DNA of 64,000 bases, taken from assembly GCA_904063045.1 (NCBI GenBank), contig CAJFCJ010000012.1:2108001-2172000 (forward strand), read 5' to 3'. The notes beneath the pieces were generated by a model. The model ran no database searches. It was not told the DNA's origin and worked only from the letters and a program-made list of their open reading frames with translations. This DNA comes from Dimorphilus gyrociliatus. Taxonomy: Eukaryota; Animalia; Annelida. A program made the translations under genes and the position numbers. This document shows positions 55,563 through 64,000 of this stretch, piece after piece (positions within the stretch are counted from its first letter, which is position 1; the number at the start of each line of letters is the position of its first letter).

Positions 55563-56935
55563 TTACATATTAATGAATAAATAAGAGTGTTAATGATCGT
55601 TATAAAGTAAAGGTATCAGTAGTGGATTTACTTAAGAAACATTTTTCAAGTATATCCTTTGTCAACATCCTATGTATATTTGTGAAAGATAATCGATATA
55701 TCGTACTTTCGCATGTATCTTCTTTTGTCTTTAATTGAATGATGTCAGCACGTGTTGGTTGTATGGCTAGCGTAATGAACTCTTTCTTTTAATCTTCGTA
55801 TTTTTAGCTTCACTAAGCGTTTTGATTATTAATAATTAATTTTTGTTCTTTCTATTTCCATTGAATGTTATTCCTGATAGTTTGATTAGAATATTATCAA
55901 CTTGTGAACTACTTTGTCCTTGATTCCCCCTTTTATTTCTAAAATAAGTGATAGTTTGTCATTGACGTTATAAATCATTGAAATCGATCGCTTTTGGCTT
56001 TCGCCTTACCTTTCAATCTTAATTGTAGGTTAATATTAACCTTATTCAATAGGAAACGATGATCTCCAGGTAAACTTAAGAGAGAGTGTACGTATGTGAG
56101 TGTATGTATGTGTGTATGGGTGTGTTTATATGAATGAATAAATGAATGAACGAATTAATAAGAGAAAGGAGTGATAGGGGGATGGAAAATATGTGTTTTC
56201 TTTAATTTGTTCGTACCAACTGATACAATTGAATTGGACGTAATTACTAATTTTATCTTCTAAATAGTTTTATTAGTTTTTTACCTTTGAAAGAAAAATA
56301 GATCTTATTGTTGTTATTGTTTTTTTAAACAAGTAGAGTATTGTTGCTTTGCTAATAATCAGTTTTATTTGTTTACCTAATATGTGATACAAATGTTATT
56401 TGCCTAATGTATAGTCAACTGGAAAATCGTAGGAGTGGCATTTGTTATTTATTTTCTTACTTTGATCGAACTAAGTAATCCTGTTCAATAATCATATGCG
56501 CCACCTACTTGTTACAATTATATACCTGATTTTTTTTTAATTTGACATGTGCTTCCCTCTGTCGTAAGAAACGTCTACAATAAAATTTAAGAGTTTCCCC
56601 AACTAAAGTATTCGTTTTGTATTCATTTACATGCTCTAGATTATGGACATTTTGAACGCCTCATTAGATATCGTGTTCACGAACAGAGTTTGAAAGTAAC
56701 ATAATACCACAAATAACGATAGTATTTAGACATGCTTCTCGCCACTTTACAGTCTATTTTTTATTCAACACAGCTGAACAGAAGCAATAAGAGACATCGT
56801 TTGTAAATCCAAAGAATAATACGGATTAGGTGGAAAATTCAATTTCGCTAACAAAGAGAAGAATGTCGCCTAACACTTGCAATATAAAAGGTATAGTCCT
56901 CCCTTGGCGTATGTGACTTAACGATTGCTGATTTG

Positions 56936-56974
<39 letters not shown>

Positions 56975-57077
56975 CCGTGAGAAATTCTATCGTCTTTCCG
57001 TTAAGGATGTATTGAACTGAAAATAATAACATCCTCTTTCCTTTAACGGTTTTATGCCATACTATTGAATATCTGTT

Positions 57078-57087
57078 AGCGCCACCT
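57078..57087 (-). promoter_or_regulatory. CTCF-like motif downstream of DYRK1
   Basis: Minus strand AGGTGGCGCT; a second same-orientation copy at 56498-56506. Confidence 0.45.
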
Positions 57088-57477
57088 ATTCTTTAAAAGA
57101 ATGAAGGCTTAGCGATGATCATAGTGAAAATAAAGTAAACAAAAAAAAAAAAAAAGGTAACGATTCTGAACGTAAAAAAATCTGGTATAAAAAGAACTGA
57201 AAGAAAAAAAAAATTGAATTAAATTTCTTTTAAGATGTTTTTTCTTTTTTAACAAAATGAAAAAAAAAAATCTATCAAAATTTGGTAATATATTAGGATA
57301 ATTTCCATCCATTCACAAGCAATAATAAACGAATACCATCAAAGTAAAATAAAAATAACTTAAACACTCTCAATCCTGCAACATCTCTAAAAAGACACAC
57401 GCACTGAAAAAAATACAGCTTCTTACTTTTTTTTTGAAAAAAAAAATAAAGAAAGCTGCAAGACTTCTAAAAACCAC

Positions 57478-59599
<2,122 letters not shown>

Positions 59600-61667
59600 T
59601 CTTTTTTATTTATTTAATTGACTAGACTTCCTCCATTATCCAGCACCTGTATGAAAATTTATTCGTTAAAGTTTACGGTAAGTAATAGATGACTTACTCT
59701 TCTGACTAAGTGACTTTAAAAAAGAATTCTTGTTCTACACATACTACTATCTTATATATATATTTATACAAATACCAGTTGCCAATGACATCTATCTTTT
59801 AGAATTTTATTAAGACAGGTTTTAAACCGGAAACAGAGGTCTTTTCCATTCATATTTCAGAGTGAACTGAATTGTTTCATTAATCATAACACTAGATGAT
59901 TAATATTATACCCGGATAAAACTTCTTGATCTTTTCAATACAAAGACATTACGTCTATAAATATAATCGTAGAATCTTTATAAATTGATAGAAAGAGTAT
60001 TTAGATTCAAGCAAGATCCTTTTAAAATACCCATTTTTTGTTGTTACTCCGTGCTTTATATAGGCTATAAAGAAATTATTTCTACTCTTGTGACAAGAAA
60101 TTTCACTCTTATTTTTTTATACGTGTTTTTTATTAAAGGGAATTCACGTGAACTGACAGCAAGTTTAATACTAAAAATCTAACTTTCCCTTGCTATCAAT
60201 CTTGAAATATTTAAGGTATCTTACAGATTCGTATTAAATTAAAATGTTAAAAATAGTCTATAAGTATAATACAACAATTATCACCTCCTCGTCCCATTCG
60301 TTCATCCTCCAAATAAACAAATATACCCAAAGATGACATTGGTTTGTTTGTAGTGGATTAATTCTCGTCTCTACCAGTAATATTAAGCTTACAGAATGAT
60401 ATAAAGCATCCTTAGAAAGCCATTTTAAACTACCTTAGTATTGAATTCGCATCTTCACCAAAAAGAATTCAATAGAATAGTATAAATATATAAAATTAAA
60501 GGGCAGGTGTCTATGCAACTGGTATTTGCTTTCAATAAGTTACAAATCAGAATACTAATAAGATTTGTACATTTTTTCTATAATATAATTATTAGCAGGG
60601 GATTACACCACCCTAGTATTAAAAAACGTTTCTACATCAGCAAATAACGAAATGTATCTCACTTGTTAAAAACACAAGATCAAACAGATTTTTGTATAAA
60701 TTTTAATTCGATAATTTAATTAAAATATATCTTAATAGAGTGCAAATATAAAACTAAAGAAATACTTACGGAAAGGAAAAACTTGTTATTTAACAAGTTC
60801 AGACGCAGCATAAACAATGGACGGCTGATTTCTTTTTAAACGCTGATTTCTGCTAAATTTTACAGATCCAACAAGATTTCTAATAATCCGTTAACCCGTA
60901 GATTAACTGAAGTGATAGGATTTACTCAAAAACGGTTAAAAACGTCCAAAATTGATTATTATTTCACGTAGAGGTATATACACACGAATGGCAACGATTC
61001 AAGATGGCGGACGTCTGATTTTTTCGCGCGTCAATTTCAGCAGTATAGTCATATATTTTCTTCCAACTATTTTCTGAAAAATTTAAATTATTATCAAGCA
61101 TTTAATATAAAATAAATAAATATTTTTTTAAACTTTGTTATTTTCAAATTGTGTTGGGAGAACCAAAAAGATAAGTCATAAAAAAATTTATTGATAAATT
61201 TACCCCTATTGCACGAGACGATTCCTTAAATGGAGTGTTCTCGCGAGGCTTCGCTTGATAGTGTGGTACCGTGCTCCACTTTTTACGTACGATCTATAAC
61301 AACGGCAGTGAACTGGAGGACATTATTATTTGCCGCCTAAAATGCCTTTCAATTATAATAGAAAATTACAGTTTTATTTAGGTCATCTGGTACAAATACG
61401 ATTGAACTTTTTGATAAATAACCTTCTATAATCCATCTTCCTCAAAACATTTATCTTAATATTTTCAGCTAGTTTTCATAAGAAGAATAATCTGTACTTA
61501 ATTTTATTAAATTTAATAAAGAAATTACAATTTTATTTGTATAAAAATAATATAAAATATACAACAGAAATATATTTTTGTTCTTTTTAAATAATTCTTA
61601 TGTATCAAAAAATATTTAGCTTAAAAACACTCCTGGAAGAGAAAGTTTATAGAGTCTATTAATTAGG

Positions 61668-63345
61668 TCAAGTGAAGGATATATCACTTTGAATTCTTCT
61701 CCTTGGTGGACAGCGAACTTCTGGAAGGTATCTTTTTAGGCCAACTTTAAATTCTTTCATTCGACCGGCGTATATAAAGACGTTAACGGCTGTGTTGGAA
61801 TGTAGGAGAAGGCGACAAGTAGCTCTATTTTTTATTTAAGCATAAAAGAACAACTGTTAGACTAGTTAACGGGAGAGAGAGACTACACTTTGATATATGA
61901 AAAATAATCGATAAATTAAGCAAGAAAACGTGCTTTCGTCTTTATTAAATTCAATATGTAATTAGCATATTTGATATTCCTTACCTCACGTAGGCATTGA
62001 TTTTGCATTTGCACGCCATAGACACAATAAAATATGTCGTTACAGGCGTCCACGCAATCAAAAAGTATACAACCAAAAATCCTGTCATATAAAATAGTTT
62101 TAGCTCCCTTTTCATTATCCTTAATTTTGAGTCATCGTTGCTAATGTCCATCTTCTTAAATTGCATTTCTTGACGTATCTGTAAAAATTTAAAGAGAAGA
62201 TGGAAGAGAAAAGCGAAAGGATAACGAAACAATAATATGATTTATACGAGAATATTTATATATCTACATATAAGATATACATAGGGAGATAGGGAGTAAG
62301 AAACAGGGATCTTTTTTCACAAACAACCATTTTGATATGTGATCTACACGCATCGGAATTCTTTTTTTTGTATTTCTGGCACGTGTAATGTAAGACGATA
62401 TTCGTAGTAGGGGAAATGTGTTTTAACTACCGGTTTTTTAGAAATTAATGTCAACTCGGGGTCGTTAAGATAGGTAAAAAGTCTATTAATTATCAAAGTG
62501 GATACAATAGAAAGAGGATAATGTAAAATTTACCTTTCTCCTTGCTGTCAGTAAAATTCCTATGTACAATACCGACATAATAATAGCCGGTAGTAAGAAC
62601 TGTACAATTGCTAATGTTGTAAATTGACCAAAGGAGTATAATTTATCAAGATAACAACCCAACTTGAAATCATCTATTATTGAAAAATAGAATATATTTC
62701 TAAAATCATGATACAAGAAGAAGAAGAAGAAGAGGAAAATAACAAGAATATAAGTGGGGAAAAAAACACACTCAACTCATTTTCTGCTCGTTTGATAAGA
62801 ACTGTAAATGTATACTCAATGAACCTAAAATTTGAATAATCCATATAATAGCGATAAATGTCTTGATTCTTTTCTTTGTAATTATATTGTGATACTGAAG
62901 GGGAAAATGAATAGAAATGTATCTAACTGCCGTTATAGCCACTAAATTCCAAGAAGAAATCATCGTCATGCTCATCAAAGATGTAGCAATGAATATGCAA
63001 AGTCCAGGAGATGCAAATTTGCTTTTAATGTTATTTCTTTCCATATGAGCAGTATTATAAATAGAATACCAAAAGGATGCCCCTGGATGATAAATATAAT
63101 TAACCTATTAGAGGTTTTATCTTAATCCTTTGAAGGAAATTATAGAAAATTGATTAGATTTATTCACCTAAATCACAAGCAGCTTGGCTAAGAAAGAGAT
63201 AGTTTGCAACAGAGTCAAAGTACTGATTCTTCTTAAATACAGCTATAACTATACCATTACCAATCAAACTGAAAACTGACAATCCATAAAGAAAAGAATA
63301 ATAGTACACATTAAATTCAACTGCCGATTGAGTTACGTTAGACAT
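61668..63345 (-). CDS. Orphan rhodopsin-family GPCR with atypical microswitches
   Basis: Exons about 63168-63345, 62777-63082, 62534-62673, 61985-62178, 61668-61824. Seven hydrophobic segments: IGN, SQAACD, AITAVRYISIHFPLQY, AWTP, NTAVNVFIYAGR. Confidence 0.85.
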
Positions 63346-64000
63346 TTATAAATTTATCAAATATTCAGGTTTATATGAGGCGATCTTGCACTAAGAAGTA
63401 AAAGTCGTCAGTGACAATCAAAGCACAGCAAATAGACCGGAAAACGTGATCCTAATGGATAGAGATAGGTTATAATTTAAGCAGCGTCATTGTTAATGGA
63501 AATTTTGTAGGCCTCTTTCGTTACGTCCTAAATGTCATAACTTGTGATTAATACGCACTTTGCCGACTAAATATCTAGATAAACAATGTACTATTTATAA
63601 ATAATTTATTCTAAAAATGTACATCTTGAACACGATTTTTAATGCAACAACAACAGCAACAGCTTCTAAAGTGATTACGGAAGGCAGTTTTGAATTCTTT
63701 CATTCTTCCAACGTAAAATAAGATATTAACGGCAGTATTTGAATGTGCAATAATACGACAAGTAGCCCTGATTTATGAAAGGAAAGAGAATGATAAAAAG
63801 AAATGTATAAAAAGTATAAAAAGATGTTTTTAAGGGTTTTCTCCTTTTATGCAAATAAATGACAATCTATGAATTAATTATTATAGCTTTGCTACAATGA
63901 TATGAATACCTATAATATATTCAGAGAATAAACATAGATACATAAACATGCTGATATTTCTTAAATAAATGGTGTAAATTACTAACCTTATATAAGCGTT

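Overview
64 kb of gene-dense, strongly AT-rich (roughly 70% by eye) animal genomic DNA with short GT-AG introns (many 50-100 nt) and abundant (TA)n/(GA)n microsatellites. Gene content (RFX4, APCDD1, NWD-type STAND protein, Gs/Gf-like G-alpha, aminergic GPCR) suggests a bilaterian invertebrate with a compacted genome; a spiralian such as a miniature annelid is only my guess. I hand-assembled 12 protein-coding loci: the 5' end of AP-1/AP-2 beta adaptin, an orphan secreted protein, RFX4, a caspase-like gene, a divergent G-alpha, an orphan CaaX protein, an IL-17R/SEFIR-like receptor, APCDD1, NWD1/2, an octopamine/tyramine-type receptor, DYRK1 and an orphan class A GPCR. No rRNA, tRNA, CRISPR array or intact transposon was found. 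Most notable: (1) a recurrent TATAC(A/T)GTATA motif that matches the Tc1/Sleeping Beauty excision footprint; (2) a caspase lacking the catalytic His and one S1 Arg; (3) a G-alpha with natural substitutions at the Gi G42- and G183-equivalent positions; (4) CTCF-like motifs in most intergenic intervals. All gene models, counts and alignments were done by eye and need computational confirmation.
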